Below are positions 63,125 to 64,000 of a stretch of 64,000 nt of DNA, one piece after another (the first letter of the stretch is position 1; every line of letters starts with the position of its first letter). Both the position numbers and the translations under genes were made by a program. This DNA comes from Melittangium boletus DSM 14713 (GTDB lineage: Bacteria > Myxococcota > Myxococcia > Myxococcales > Myxococcaceae), in assembly GCF_002305855.1 (NCBI RefSeq), contig NZ_CP022163.1, positions 7,067,765 through 7,131,764 of the forward strand. The letters run 5' to 3'. Under the pieces are notes generated by a model that saw nothing but the letters and a program-made list of their open reading frames with translations, was not told the origin of the DNA and did not search any database.

Positions 63125-64000
63125 ATGCAGCTTCGGAAGATGACGTTGATGTTCGCCGCGCTGAGCGCGGTGAGCCTGATGATGGCGTGTGATGGTGGTG
63201 GTCGTGACACCTTGGCGTGTGCGTCGGATACGGACTGCCTTGAGTCCGAGATCTGCCACCCGCAGGCTGGCGTCTGTGTGCAGACCTGTTCGAGCGCGGC
63301 GGATTGTCCCGACTCCGCGAAGACGTGCGATCCCTTGAGCGGCACGAGCAACTCTATCTGCAAGTGCAAGACGGATGAGCTGTGCCAGGGTGACACGCGT
63401 TTGTCTGACGCCTCGGGCCTGTCGTGCTCGACGACGTACAGCGTGTGCACGGATCAGACGGCCACGAAGTGCACGTCGAATGCGCAGTGCGCCGCGAACC
63501 AGACCTGCAACACGACGACGGGTGCTTGCGAGGATCGTCCCGCTGAGGGCGCCGCCTGCTCTGGTCAGGGGCAGACGACTTGCGCCTACGGTCAGTTCTG
63601 CAGCAGCAGCAAGTGTGCGGCCGTGCCTGCTCCTACCTGTCAGAACTATACGAATTTCACTAGGCGCAGTGAATTGGGAACGACTGGTCCCATCATTTTC
63701 AATGCGTCTGTAGTGAGCGCAGCAACTGATTCGTTCTGTGGCAGCGGCACAAACACAAAGCGCGTGAAGGTCAATGTCTCCGCTTATTCCAGCACTCCCT
63801 TTCCTCAGACGAAGAATGAACTGAACGGCCTGTTCTATGTTCAGGTTGCTGGAACTAGGTTGGATGGGGCCGACACCATCAGCTCTTCAGCTGGGAACTA
63901 CACCGTGACTGGTTCCAACCGAGAGCGCGCTGATTTCGTCATGAGCTTTTGTGTGGCGCCGTCTAGCGATACCCTGTCTTTGGGGGTGTATTTCACGGGT
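63125..64000 (+). CDS. Cys-rich secreted lipoprotein (partial; continues past the window end) with a sharp GC drop in its distal part
   Basis: ATG at 63125 with GGAGGAAG 8 nt upstream. Lipobox LSAVSLMMACDG. About 25 Cys residues in C-x-DC / C-x-TC spacings (ACASDTDCLESEICHPQAGVCVQTCSSAADCPDSAKTCDP...). Open in frame for 292 codons to the window end. Not in the ORF track because there is no stop codon. Confidence 0.7.
   Translation, partial: MQLRKMTLMFAALSAVSLMMACDGGGRDTLACASDTDCLESEICHPQAGVCVQTCSSAADCPDSAKTCDPLSGTSNSICKCKTDELCQGDTRLSDASGLSCSTTYSVCTDQTATKCTSNAQCAANQTCNTTTGACEDRPAEGAACSGQGQTTCAYGQFCSSSKCAAVPAPTCQNYTNFTRRSELGTTGPIIFNASVVSAATDSFCGSGTNTKRVKVNVSAYSSTPFPQTKNELNGLFYVQVAGTRLDGADTISSSAGNYTVTGSNRERADFVMSFCVAPSSDTLSLGVYFTG

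Overview
This window is high-GC (~68-70%) myxobacterial chromosome sequence, Myxococcus/Corallococcus-like by gene content and synteny. It is densely coding on both strands and contains no rRNA, tRNA, CRISPR array, transposase or integrase. The ORF track is dominated by long antisense 'shadow' ORFs typical of GC-rich DNA. Real genes were chosen by recognisable protein families, plausible start codons with ribosome-binding sites, and 4-bp overlaps that indicate translational coupling.

Gene order:
- 1-3.6 kb, minus strand: a partial zinc-ribbon (zf-TFIIB-like) gene, then murA, prmC and prfA.
- 3.7-10 kb, plus strand: a 34-aa highly basic micro-ORF, a TPR protein, a CNNM/CorC-family transporter and smc.
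- 10-16 kb, minus strand: a lipoprotein, an FHA-containing AAA+ sigma54-activator-like regulator that lacks the GAFTGA motif, a small acidic ORF, glutaredoxin, and groEL-groES with a textbook CIRCE operator.
- 16-21 kb, plus strand: two hypothetical genes, a NUDIX hydrolase, rpoZ (minus strand), a histidine kinase and an MFS sugar porter.
- 21-26 kb, minus strand: a lipoprotein, a caspase-like peptidase, an anti-sigma factor, an ECF sigma factor and another lipoprotein.
- 26-28 kb, plus strand: a small nucleotidyltransferase overlapping a metallophosphoesterase.
- 27.8-32.4 kb, minus strand: a GldA/GldF/GldG-like ABC transporter operon with a DUF4340 gene.
- 32.5-38 kb: aspartokinase, a large lipoprotein with N,N-dimethylformamidase-like and NHL-repeat regions, then on the minus strand a DnaC/IstB-like ATPase with a zinc-finger N-terminus and a partner gene.
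- 38.3-62.9 kb, plus strand: a complete Glt 'G1'-type gliding-motility cluster (gltD/agmU-, gltE/aglT-, gltF-, gltG/pglI-, gltH-like genes; an unusual RGG/ERPEGERRERR-repeat gene; a 4089-aa gltI/agmK-like TPR giant; and a gltJ/agmX-like gene).
- 63.1 kb to the window end: a Cys-rich lipoprotein whose coding sequence shifts abruptly from ~70% to ~50% GC at about 63.64 kb.

Several stem-loop terminators were seen, one of them abutting the ribosome-binding site of the 12-kb gltI-like gene. A sigma70-like promoter lies upstream of the gltD-like gene.
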